From NCBI GenBank assembly GCA_041688145.1, contig JBDNIV010000006.1:1-25637 (forward strand): a stretch of 25,637 nt of DNA. Direction: 5' to 3'. Source of the stretch: Chlamydiia bacterium. Its GTDB lineage: Bacteria > Chlamydiota > Chlamydiia > Chlamydiales > JAAKFQ01. The notes under the pieces are model-generated. The model saw only the letters and a program-made list of their open reading frames with translations, did not search any database and was not told the DNA's origin. Shown in pieces: positions 8,497-16,792 of the stretch. The position numbers and the translations under genes are program-made. Numbering within the stretch: the first letter of the stretch is position 1; the number at the start of each line of letters is the position of its first letter.

Positions 8497-10275
8497 GTGA
8501 AAATGTACTATCGTTTACTGATTTGTTTTTTTCTTATGCCTGGATTAGTTTTAGCAGTAGGTATGCGTGTGCGTATTTTAGATGCTCCTGATAAAGATGT
8601 GGGGTATGAAGAAAGCTCAGGACAAGGGTTTTATACCTTTTCTAGTAACGATTGTATTATCGGCACCCAGAATCTAACAGAGCGTTTAAGTAAGCAGGTC
8701 GTAAATATCCAGCCGGGTGATAATAGCCGTATTGAAGTAGGGTCTCTTGAGAAGAGTTCTAATGACGCCCTCTTTAGTTGGTCAGGACCAGGCGGCCTGG
8801 TAATGATAGCAGGAGGCGATAGCGGGTGTATTCAATTTTACCGAAGTATTGATGGCTCAATGAGCACAGGAATACTGTGGCTTGTATCTAGAAGAATCTT
8901 TTTAGGCACACCTAAACACAGCGTGCAAAATGATGTCGTGATTCAGTCAGGAAGCGGTATTGCTACAATTACGATGGGAGATGCTAAGGGAGACTATGCT
9001 GATGGTGCTATTTTTGGAGTTTATTCAGGGTATAATCCGGATAAAAAGATAGGGGCAAGAGCGGGTATTTTAGCAAAAAACGGAGGGATATCTTTAGGCA
9101 ATGTAGCTTGGGATTTAGTTCCTAGAGGTTCTATTGTTTTAGACTCTAGTAGTAGCTCAGAGCTTGTAGGTGGAGAGTGCTTTCTAAAAGCTAATGGCCC
9201 TTTGAGCTTACTGGCAAATAATGTGACTCTTACTAGCAATAGTGGACAAGGTTCAGATGCGTATATATCGAATGTAGGCTTAGAGGGACAAGATGCGAAT
9301 GTAACTCTCACTTTAGAAAAAGATCTAAAAATTACTTCAGGAGCTCAAGGCTCTTCATCAGGGTATATTTCTAGCGATAATGGTTCTGTATATATATCTT
9401 CTGATAAGGGGAGCGTGTCACTGTTATCCCAAGGCAAAAGTTCAGCAAATGTGTTTATTTCTACAAATTCTAAAGATCCGACTCAATTTGTATCAGTCGA
9501 TGCACAAAGAGGCATTTCCCTTCAAACGCAAGGAGAAGGAAACAACTTATCAGCAAGTATTTTTAGTAGTGAGGGAGGTGTTCAGCTATCTTCAAAATCT
9601 GGAAGCGTTAAAATTATAAGTAGCTCAGGGCCTTATGGAGTCTGTTCAGTGTATTCTACAGGATCAGGTGCTGTAAGCGTGCAGGCAGGTGGAGATTTGC
9701 AAATAGGAGTCGCAACAGGACACAAGAGTGCTGAAGCGAGCCTTAAAGGAATTTTAGGAAAAGTATCTGTGAAAGTAGGAGGAAGCGTAGCTATCAATAA
9801 TTCAAGTAATGCATCTGGTGCTTTTATTACAAACAGCTCTGGAGATATTGATGTTCAAAGTGTTGGAGATGTCACAATTGGAATTAGTGGAGATGTAGCA
9901 AACCTATGTGCAGGTATTGGCTCAAGCTCTGGACTTGTTTCTGTTACATCAGATAGTGGTAATGTTTCTGTTTTAGCTAATGCGACTGGAAGTGGGCTAA
10001 ACATGGCTTATATCTCATCAGGTGCAGATAGCAATGCAGCAGCAGTCGATGTTGTCGCCCGGAAGGGTATTGTTTCAGTAGCATCAGACTATCCTTTCCT
10101 AAATAGTGCCAGTATCTATGCGACAGGTGGCGCCCCTGTCAACATCACAACACAACAAATGAGCTCTCCAACTTCTGTAGGAGAGAATTTTTCTTGGCAG
10201 GAGTTTCTATATGCTCAAAAAGAGCGGTTCTTACAGGCTCGGCTAGATGTCCAAGAGCAAGATGCTGCTGATTAA
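8497..10275 (+). CDS. Secreted Ser/Gly-rich repeat protein, probable beta-helix (FHA/Pmp-passenger-like), no beta-barrel
   Basis: Sec signal (MKMYYRLLICFFLMPGLVLA), about 10 degenerate ~30-aa beta-strand repeats, strong SD. Confidence 0.75.
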   Translation: MKMYYRLLICFFLMPGLVLAVGMRVRILDAPDKDVGYEESSGQGFYTFSSNDCIIGTQNLTERLSKQVVNIQPGDNSRIEVGSLEKSSNDALFSWSGPGGLVMIAGGDSGCIQFYRSIDGSMSTGILWLVSRRIFLGTPKHSVQNDVVIQSGSGIATITMGDAKGDYADGAIFGVYSGYNPDKKIGARAGILAKNGGISLGNVAWDLVPRGSIVLDSSSSSELVGGECFLKANGPLSLLANNVTLTSNSGQGSDAYISNVGLEGQDANVTLTLEKDLKITSGAQGSSSGYISSDNGSVYISSDKGSVSLLSQGKSSANVFISTNSKDPTQFVSVDAQRGISLQTQGEGNNLSASIFSSEGGVQLSSKSGSVKIISSSGPYGVCSVYSTGSGAVSVQAGGDLQIGVATGHKSAEASLKGILGKVSVKVGGSVAINNSSNASGAFITNSSGDIDVQSVGDVTIGISGDVANLCAGIGSSSGLVSVTSDSGNVSVLANATGSGLNMAYISSGADSNAAAVDVVARKGIVSVASDYPFLNSASIYATGGAPVNITTQQMSSPTSVGENFSWQEFLYAQKERFLQARLDVQEQDAAD

Positions 10276-10321
10276 TAGAACCAAGATTTTAATAGGATCT
10301 AGGATTGAAGAGCCTTTTAAA

Positions 10322-10368
10322 AATAAAGAGCTAAGAATGCAATGCTTCTTAGCTTTTTATTATTTTAG
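10322..10368 (+). terminator. Intrinsic terminator-like hairpin after the 592-aa gene
   Basis: AATAAAGAGCTAAGAA (10322-10337) pairs with TTCTTAGCTTTTTATT (10346-10361) with one G-U pair and an 8-nt loop; T-rich tail. Confidence 0.65.
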
Positions 10369-10524
10369 GGCTTTATTCAAGGATGTTTTAAGAGGTTTGT
10401 ATAAAAGCCTATATATTGCAGTTATGAGATTTCAAGCCGTATAGGGTTTGTTTCAGAAGGCTTATTTCAACATTGATCTAAGTGTTTCTGAAAGAGCACT
10501 TTTGATGCTACAACAATTGATTTA

Positions 10525-10553
10525 TTGACTCAAAGAAATAGAGCGCTCATAAT
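10525..10553 (+). promoter_or_regulatory. Near-consensus sigma66 promoter TTGACT-N17-CATAAT
   Basis: -35 at 10525-10530, -10 at 10548-10553, SD AAGGA at 10576-10580, ATG at 10588. Confidence 0.7.
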
Positions 10554-10587
10554 TTTTTTTTAGAGATCACAATATAAGGATATAAAA

Positions 10588-11193
10588 ATGGCCACTTATT
10601 TGAAAAAAGCAGAAACTACTACATTTTCAGTTGAGCCGGATACGAGAAACACTGGGGCGATGAAGCTAACTATTCAACAGAAAGCTCAAATAGCAGCTAT
10701 GCTTGTATGTACGAACTATTTGAGGGTTGTAAGTCAGCAGACTGCAGCAGAAACTGAAAATTTAAGGGATATTTTGGGAGAACGTTCTTGGAAATCGATT
10801 AACGACTATGTTCGAGACTTTGCCCCTTCTGAAGTGCTGAAACCTCCTGCAACTGCTGCTCGAAAAAATATATATAAGCAGTGGGATGCTTCTTCGGTTA
10901 ACTGCGCTAAATTGATGCAATTTATCATTAACCATCCATATGCTCTAGTTTTGCCTACTGATTTGTGCAAAGGGACCAATGGTGTTGCTTTAGCTGTTCA
11001 CCCAATTACAATTAAGCAATCTTCTGAGGTAAGCTCGCTTCAGGTAGATGCTGAGCAGGTTGGAAAAATCAGTGTATTAGTTAAGAAGGTGCAAGCGAGC
11101 AGTGAAGTTAGGTTAATTGCGGTAGCTGAGTATAGCTGGGTTGCATTAACAACATTGGCATCTTCTCAGAAAAACAGTTGCACTATTTCATAA
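10588..11193 (+). CDS. Hypothetical protein with C-terminal CaaX motif (KNS-CTIS*), candidate effector
   Basis: 201-aa ORF with its own promoter, SD and downstream hairpin; no recognisable domain; ends tgc act att tca taa. Confidence 0.8.
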   Translation: MATYLKKAETTTFSVEPDTRNTGAMKLTIQQKAQIAAMLVCTNYLRVVSQQTAAETENLRDILGERSWKSINDYVRDFAPSEVLKPPATAARKNIYKQWDASSVNCAKLMQFIINHPYALVLPTDLCKGTNGVALAVHPITIKQSSEVSSLQVDAEQVGKISVLVKKVQASSEVRLIAVAEYSWVALTTLASSQKNSCTIS

Positions 11194-11211
11194 AGTTTAA
11201 TTGCTTTAATA

Positions 11212-11256
11212 AACTTTGCTGCGTGTTAATACAGCTTTGCAGCAAAAGTTATTTTT
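11212..11256. terminator. Hairpin between the convergent CaaX gene and valS, likely bidirectional terminator
   Basis: TTTGCTGC (11215-11222) and GCAGCAAA (11239-11246) form an inverted repeat with A/T-rich flanks. Confidence 0.55.
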
Positions 11257-11279
11257 CATAATTGTACTGTCTAAACTAT

Positions 11280-14126
11280 CTAAAGACTTTTAGAGATTTG
11301 CTGAAGAAGCGCTTCTATCTGCTCTTTGCGTTTTTTGATGTTTTCTTGAATGTGTATAGGTGCTTTTTCTAAGAAGCTCTTATCATTAAGACGAGCGTTT
11401 GCCCCTAAAAGTTCTTTTTCTAGGCGCTCTTTTTCTTTAGCAAGGCGAACAGATTCACGCTCAATAATGTCAGCAGGCATGGGTACAAACAGAGCTGTGT
11501 CATCGATGTGCGCTTGTGATAAGTGAGGCAAAGTTGGTGCTTTTTTATGGAAGTGAATAGCTTCAATAGAGCACAAGTTTTTCAAGATATAAGCTGACTT
11601 TTCTAAAAGGTCATTTTTGCTTTTAGCAACAATATGTAGGTCTATGGGGCTTTTGGGAGTAAGCTTCATTTCTCCTCGGATATTACGCAGGGCAGAGACC
11701 ACTTTTTCTATGTAGTGGAAACTTGCATAAGCCTCATCAAAAAGAGGGCTGGCATCTAAGGGGAAAGAGGCCTGTACAAGAGAGTCTTTTGTAAGAGCGC
11801 TTAAGGCATAGAGGGTAGGGGCATCAGAGATGTTAGCTTGGGCTGCATTATAAGCTTTATCATCGATAGCGAACTTCTCTTTTAAACCATGAAAGAGCTC
11901 TTCAGTGATAAAAGGAGCAAAAGGGTGGAGCATAGCTAAACTTTGAATAAGGACAGCAAGTAGCACTTTTTGTTTATTTTTACGAAGAGCTGAATCTCCT
12001 CGTTTTCCAAAAAGGGTCGGCTTGATGACTTCTAAAAAATTTGCACAAAACTCATTCCAGAAAAACTCATATGCCTGAGTCGTAGCAGTATCAAAGTGGT
12101 AGTTTTCTAAAGCGCTGTGAATTTTTTTGCTAGATAGGCGCGCTGAATGCAGTATCCATTTATCTTCTATCTCAAGCAGGTCTATATCAATCCCTTGAGA
12201 AAGATCTTCAAGTGAAAGATCTTCTAAGTTCATCCAGGCAAACCTCGCTCCATTCCAGATTTTATTAGAAAAATTTTTAAACTCTTCAAAGCGTCTTCTA
12301 TCAAGGTCAATTTGCCTGTTTTGTACGGGGAAACTAGAAAGAGCCATCCGCATAGCATCGCAGCCGTATTCATCAATGACCTCAATAGGGTCGATCACAT
12401 TGCCTTTAGATTTAGACATTTTTTCCCATTTGGAAAAGACGCCTTTAGGGATAGACTCTCCTAGATCAAAAGCGCGCTGCTCTTCAGAAGAGACATAAGC
12501 TATCGCACCATCTTTTGATTTTCTCCAGTACGACTTCCCATAGATAAGGCCGTGTAAAAAGACCTTGGGAAAGGGAGGCTTTTCCATTACATAATCACCC
12601 ATCATAATCATGCGCGCTACCCAGAAAAAGAGGATGTCATGGCCTGTAATGAGGGTGCTGTTAGGATAAAAAGCGCGCACAAGTTCTGGATTTTCAGGCC
12701 AGCCTAACGCTGAAAAAGGCCAGAGCGCTGAAGAAAACCAAGTGTCTAGTACATCAGGATCCTTTTCCCAAGCTTCAGGATCATCTTTGACTTCAGGAGG
12801 CTCGCCCTCTTTGTCATAGCAGATCATAACTGAAGGATCATCTTTTCGTTTCCATACAGGGATCTCATGTCCCCACCAAAGCTGGCGGCTAATACACCAA
12901 GGGCGCAAGTTTTTGATCCAGTGGAAATATGTCTTTTTCCATGAGCTTGGTATAAGCTCAACTTCATCAGACTCTACAAGCTTTAAAAGACGCTCTTTGA
13001 ACGGCTTTGTATCCACAAACCATTGTTTAGATAGATAGGGCTCAATTGTAGCTTTTGAGCGATAAGAGATGCCTACGCGGTGCGTATGAGGCTCTATCTT
13101 CTCTAGAAGATCTAGGCTTTTTAAAGTTTCTAAAATTTTCTCTCGGGCCCCTGTCATGCTAAGGCCTTGAAAATCAGAACCACCTATTTCATTAATCAGA
13201 GCATCTGGCGTCATGATATTGATCATAGGAAGTGAAAGCTTAAGGCCGAGCTCATAGTCATTTGGATCATGAGCAGGAGTGATTTTTACAGCGCCTGATC
13301 CAAACTCAGGATCTGCCATAGTGTCTGCGACAATAGGAATAAGGCGATTTGTGATCGGAAGGCGAATTTTTTTGCCTACAAGGTCTTTATAGCGATCATC
13401 TTCTGGATGAACGACAACAGCCGTATCTCCCAGCATAGTCTCGGGCCGTGTGGTGGCGATAATAACATGCGTTTGTCCAGATGTTTCGTTTTCTAAAGGA
13501 TAGCGAATGTGCCAGAGAAATGAGTTTTTCTCTTCGTGCTCTACCTCATCATCAGCAAGTGCTGTTTGTGTAATAGGGTCCCAGTTAACAAGGTAGTCGT
13601 CTTGATAAATAAGGCCTGCATCAAACATTTGCTTAAATACTTTACGCACCGCTTTTGAGCAGCTTGTGTCGAGCGTGAATTTTGTTTTGGAAAAGTCACA
13701 GCCACAGCCAAGTCGTTTTATTTGGTCGGTAATTACATTGGCATGGTTTTCTTTCCACTGCCATACTTTTCCAATAAAAGCTTTTCTTCCGATATCTTGG
13801 CGCTTGAGACCCTCTTTATGAATTAAAGCGCGCTCAACAACAGTCTGTGTGGCAATGCCTGCGTGGTCTAAACCAGGCACCCAAAGAGTTCTTTTTCCGC
13901 ACATTTTTTCAAAGCGGAGTAAGATGTCTTGTAAGGTGTTTACTAAAGCGTGCCCCATATGCAGGCGCCCTGTGACATTAGGGGGAGGCATAACCATGCA
14001 AAAAGATTCTTTGGCACTATTTTGAGCGCTATCTTGAAAAATCTTTTTATCATTCCAAAACTTACGCCATTTAGGCTCAGTAGAGGAAGGATCATAGGTT
14101 TTTGGGAGATCAGACATAGATGTCAT
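11280..14126 (-). CDS. valS: Valine--tRNA ligase
   Basis: PPPNVTGRLHMGH (HIGH), ATTRPET, GSGAVKITPAHD, WCISRQLWWGH, DTWFSS, KMSKS, C-terminal coiled coil. The true start may be ATG 14117. Confidence 0.98.
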   Translation of the reverse strand: MTSMSDLPKTYDPSSTEPKWRKFWNDKKIFQDSAQNSAKESFCMVMPPPNVTGRLHMGHALVNTLQDILLRFEKMCGKRTLWVPGLDHAGIATQTVVERALIHKEGLKRQDIGRKAFIGKVWQWKENHANVITDQIKRLGCGCDFSKTKFTLDTSCSKAVRKVFKQMFDAGLIYQDDYLVNWDPITQTALADDEVEHEEKNSFLWHIRYPLENETSGQTHVIIATTRPETMLGDTAVVVHPEDDRYKDLVGKKIRLPITNRLIPIVADTMADPEFGSGAVKITPAHDPNDYELGLKLSLPMINIMTPDALINEIGGSDFQGLSMTGAREKILETLKSLDLLEKIEPHTHRVGISYRSKATIEPYLSKQWFVDTKPFKERLLKLVESDEVELIPSSWKKTYFHWIKNLRPWCISRQLWWGHEIPVWKRKDDPSVMICYDKEGEPPEVKDDPEAWEKDPDVLDTWFSSALWPFSALGWPENPELVRAFYPNSTLITGHDILFFWVARMIMMGDYVMEKPPFPKVFLHGLIYGKSYWRKSKDGAIAYVSSEEQRAFDLGESIPKGVFSKWEKMSKSKGNVIDPIEVIDEYGCDAMRMALSSFPVQNRQIDLDRRRFEEFKNFSNKIWNGARFAWMNLEDLSLEDLSQGIDIDLLEIEDKWILHSARLSSKKIHSALENYHFDTATTQAYEFFWNEFCANFLEVIKPTLFGKRGDSALRKNKQKVLLAVLIQSLAMLHPFAPFITEELFHGLKEKFAIDDKAYNAAQANISDAPTLYALSALTKDSLVQASFPLDASPLFDEAYASFHYIEKVVSALRNIRGEMKLTPKSPIDLHIVAKSKNDLLEKSAYILKNLCSIEAIHFHKKAPTLPHLSQAHIDDTALFVPMPADIIERESVRLAKEKERLEKELLGANARLNDKSFLEKAPIHIQENIKKRKEQIEALLQQISKSL

Positions 14127-14153
14127 AATAGCTAAAAACTGGGAAAACGTCTA
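14125..14153 (-). promoter_or_regulatory. Putative valS promoter TAGACG-N17-TATTAT, 7 nt before ATG 14117
   Basis: Minus-strand -35 at 14153-14148 and -10 at 14130-14125; no SD. Confidence 0.5.
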
Positions 14154-14158
14154 TTAAA

Positions 14159-14824
14159 TCAGACAAATACGGAAGGCGCAACTTTTGTAAGGTTGAAAAG
14201 CGACTGATATAAAAGAGTGAGTTCTTTACTAAAAACAGCAAGTTCGTTTGCTAAGGTCTCTTTAAAAATAGTTGAGCGATTATCAGCACCACTTTGGGAA
14301 AGTTCAATAATTTTGTTTAAGCTATAGCCCGCTCTATAAGCATGGATTGCAGCGGTTTTTTCTGGAGTGCTAGGAGGATGAAGAACAGATGCAGTCCAAG
14401 GCTTTAAATAGGTATCTGCTTTGTAAGCTATAAAGAGAAGTGTACAAAGTAAAGAGGTGTTCAGAGGGTTGCCTTTTTCTAGTTGATGCATGAGGTGTTC
14501 AATAATAAGACTAGGTTTGCTAATAAGCTCTTGTGAATGCTTAAAGGCGTAAACATTTAATGGCTTTACTTCGAGTGTTCTTTCAATTATAGGGTTAAGA
14601 AGTTTTGCGTTCCATCCCATCTCTAAAAGAAGGCTGTCTATCTTGCCAGCCACTTCTCTAAGAGCACCGTATGCTTGAGGCCAAGAGAGATCTCTTTCTG
14701 AGTAATTTTGAATAAGGTCGATAGATTTAGTTCTGAAGAATGTGCCAGAAGTGACGGCCTGGAGCTCACATGCACTTTCAATAAGTGCATCAATACTTTC
14801 ATTAGAGATTGAATCTATGGCCAT
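14159..14824 (-). CDS. Hypothetical helical protein, paralog 3 of tandem trio (candidate T3SS effector)
   Basis: 221-aa ORF; N-terminus MAIDSISNES; carries the shared motif SWPQAYGALREVAGKIDSLLLEMGW. Confidence 0.8.
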   Translation of the reverse strand: MAIDSISNESIDALIESACELQAVTSGTFFRTKSIDLIQNYSERDLSWPQAYGALREVAGKIDSLLLEMGWNAKLLNPIIERTLEVKPLNVYAFKHSQELISKPSLIIEHLMHQLEKGNPLNTSLLCTLLFIAYKADTYLKPWTASVLHPPSTPEKTAAIHAYRAGYSLNKIIELSQSGADNRSTIFKETLANELAVFSKELTLLYQSLFNLTKVAPSVFV

Positions 14825-14833
14825 ATTTTAGCA

Positions 14834-15550
14834 TTAGGGGGTTTCTGTTAGATCTTTAGTATCAAAAGGAGTTAAGTCTTGACTTAGGTCCGGAATATTA
14901 AGCTCGTTTTCTTCAGGAGCATATTTTTCGGGAAAGGCCCACTGATCGAGTACTTGAAAACTCTCACTAGTTGCGAGTTCTAGTGCTTCAAGTGCTTTTT
15001 TTGTGCGATCTTCTTCTCGCACAATAGCTGCCCGCATAAGGGTATCAAAAGCATCAGACACCTTGATTGCTGATCGAATAGCAGGATCTTCAATACTTTT
15101 AGGATCCAAGATGTTTTTTTTGCTTTGGGAAAGTGCAATTTTTTTGACTCTAAGAGCGCCTATGATGAAAGGTGCATACATAGATCCTTTAGTTGGATCT
15201 GTGCGGTCTGCTAGGTAAGGCGCTGCATTTTTCAAGATATCACTGTCATAATAACTTGGGTATTTAAGGGGCCTTTTTTCAGCAAGACCTGATAAAACCT
15301 GCAAATGACGCTGATCATCAAAGCCAGATTTTCTTAAAATCTTTTCGACTGAGCTCAAAAGCGTTTGTAGTGTGCGCTTCGCATTTGGGTAAGAGCGATT
15401 GCTCTCATCGCCATTTTCACAAATCTCTATATAAGACTTTGCAAACCAGCTGCTATCTCGCGCTGAAGCAAGAGTAGTTGCGTCAATAAATACGTCTTGA
15501 AAGTCATCATAAGTGGGACTTGAGGCAGCCCCCACAGGATCTAATCTCAT
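14834..15550 (-). CDS. Hypothetical helical protein, paralog 2 of tandem trio (candidate T3SS effector)
   Basis: Start reassigned to ATG 15550 (MRLDPVGAASSPT), 10 nt after the upstream stop, with an AAAGG SD. Motif SYPNAKRTLQTLLSSVEKILRKSGF. Confidence 0.8.
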   Translation of the reverse strand: MRLDPVGAASSPTYDDFQDVFIDATTLASARDSSWFAKSYIEICENGDESNRSYPNAKRTLQTLLSSVEKILRKSGFDDQRHLQVLSGLAEKRPLKYPSYYDSDILKNAAPYLADRTDPTKGSMYAPFIIGALRVKKIALSQSKKNILDPKSIEDPAIRSAIKVSDAFDTLMRAAIVREEDRTKKALEALELATSESFQVLDQWAFPEKYAPEENELNIPDLSQDLTPFDTKDLTETP

Positions 15551-15560
15551 ATAACAGCCT

Positions 15561-16454
15561 TTAAACAGTCGCTTCTTCAGTAGCCGCAGGTGCCTTTTCA
15601 GCAGTATCATCAATCACTAAAGTGGTATATGCACCCTCAACAGCTTCTTCACAGGCGGAGGGCTCTTTGACTAATTCTAAAATCAGCGCTTTTACTTCAG
15701 GCAATTTTATCAAGCCTTGTGCAATCTGTGCACCACATATAAGGTAGGGCGCTATTTCATTAATTTCTTTGGCGGATTCTCTATAGTGATTTGCAAAGTT
15801 TTCCATAGACTCTAATAAAGCATTATCATCTTTTATCTCGGAGGCCTTTGTCATTTCATATAAGCTTTGTAATGTGAGATGAGCTGCTTCTAGCTGTCCA
15901 GGTTCGGAAGAATCCTCCATAGATAAAGTGCAAAGAGCAACTATATTTATAATAGGAAATAAGGGGCCTGAGACATATTTTCTTTGTTCTGATAAGCCTG
16001 TGCTCAATTCAGCTTTAAGATTTTCTGAAGATTTTTCTTCTAGAAGATTGGAAAGAGGCGTTTTTACTTCAGGGTTTTGTGCAAATATATCAAGTGCTTC
16101 AAGCGCAACAGCGCCACTAGCATCATAGAGTTCTGCGCAAACTTGGTTAAAATTACGCACATCTTTTTCAAATTCTGGTGTAAAAAAGCCCCGAGCGCTG
16201 AGAGCATATTCTACTTTATTAAGCATGTTTTGTAGAGAGGGCAAGGCAAGGGGCGCAGCTTTACTTAAAGTGACTAGCCTAAGAGATGTGTTGTAAAAGA
16301 TCTCTTCAGGAGCCTTTTCTAAAGCTGCATACTCTTCGAATATAGGACTTAAAGCAGAAGCAATTTTAATGCATTCACCGCGAGCTTCATAAATGGGTGT
16401 AAAATCTTGAGAAACAGGATCAGCTAATGGGCTGCTTATAGGGTCTAATGACAT
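15561..16454 (-). CDS. Hypothetical acidic helical protein, paralog 1 of tandem trio (candidate T3SS effector)
   Basis: Start reassigned to ATG 16454 (MSLDPISSPLADP), with a GGAG SD at 16464-16461. Motif AAPLALPSLQNMLNKVEYALSARGF. Confidence 0.8.
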   Translation of the reverse strand: MSLDPISSPLADPVSQDFTPIYEARGECIKIASALSPIFEEYAALEKAPEEIFYNTSLRLVTLSKAAPLALPSLQNMLNKVEYALSARGFFTPEFEKDVRNFNQVCAELYDASGAVALEALDIFAQNPEVKTPLSNLLEEKSSENLKAELSTGLSEQRKYVSGPLFPIINIVALCTLSMEDSSEPGQLEAAHLTLQSLYEMTKASEIKDDNALLESMENFANHYRESAKEINEIAPYLICGAQIAQGLIKLPEVKALILELVKEPSACEEAVEGAYTTLVIDDTAEKAPAATEEATV

Positions 16455-16490
16455 GATAATCTCCACAATTAAACATTGAACTTGGCAAAC

Positions 16491-16519
16491 AGTCTAGTTG
16501 TATCAACGTGAATTGTCAA
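16491..16519 (-). promoter_or_regulatory. Strong sigma66 promoter TTGACA-N17-TAGACT for the paralog trio
   Basis: Perfect -35 at 16519-16514, -10 at 16496-16491, 17-nt spacer. Confidence 0.75.
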
Positions 16520-16650
16520 GAAGTTGCTGTGTATAAGTGGGTCAGTTTGATTCTAATTCTCCATCCACTTTGTGATAGGAGTTATTGGAAATTATTGGCC
16601 GTAGGATTTTTTTACTTCTTGATATACAGGACGTTTTTTTTATAGAAAGC

Positions 16651-16676
16651 CTTTTACTCAATGCATTGAGTAAAAG
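16651..16676. repeat. Perfect 26-bp palindrome CTTTTACTCAATG|CATTGAGTAAAAG
   Basis: Read directly in the pknD-trio intergenic region. Confidence 0.9.
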
Positions 16677-16682
16677 CGGTAG

Positions 16683-16735
16683 GCAGTCATAACATGTTGG
16701 CTATTAGATTTTAAACACATGTTATGGAGGACTGC
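16683..16735. repeat. Second, bulged inverted repeat (GCAGT-CATAACATGT ... ACATGTTATG-gagg-ACTGC)
   Basis: 16688-16697 pairs with 16717-16726, and 16683-16687 pairs with 16731-16735. Confidence 0.75.
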
Positions 16736-16792
16736 TAATGTGGAGATAAAAGATTTGTGCTAATAAATACGCGGGTAAAGAAGAGCCCCGAG

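Noticed and set aside
8497..10275. Calling the 592-aa protein a Pmp autotransporter
   Set aside because: It lacks the GGA(I/L/V) and FxxN repeats and the C-terminal beta-barrel.
15551..15613. N-terminal extension of the 259-aa track ORF overlapping the upstream gene
   Set aside because: ATG 15550 has an SD, avoids the overlap and gives an N-terminus matching the paralogs.
16726..16749. GGAGG-N7-ATG TGG AGA TAA (Met-Trp-Arg-stop) mini-ORF as a Trp-sensing leader
   Set aside because: No co-oriented gene follows: pknD is antisense and trpS is about 2.9 kb away. A three-codon ORF easily arises by chance.
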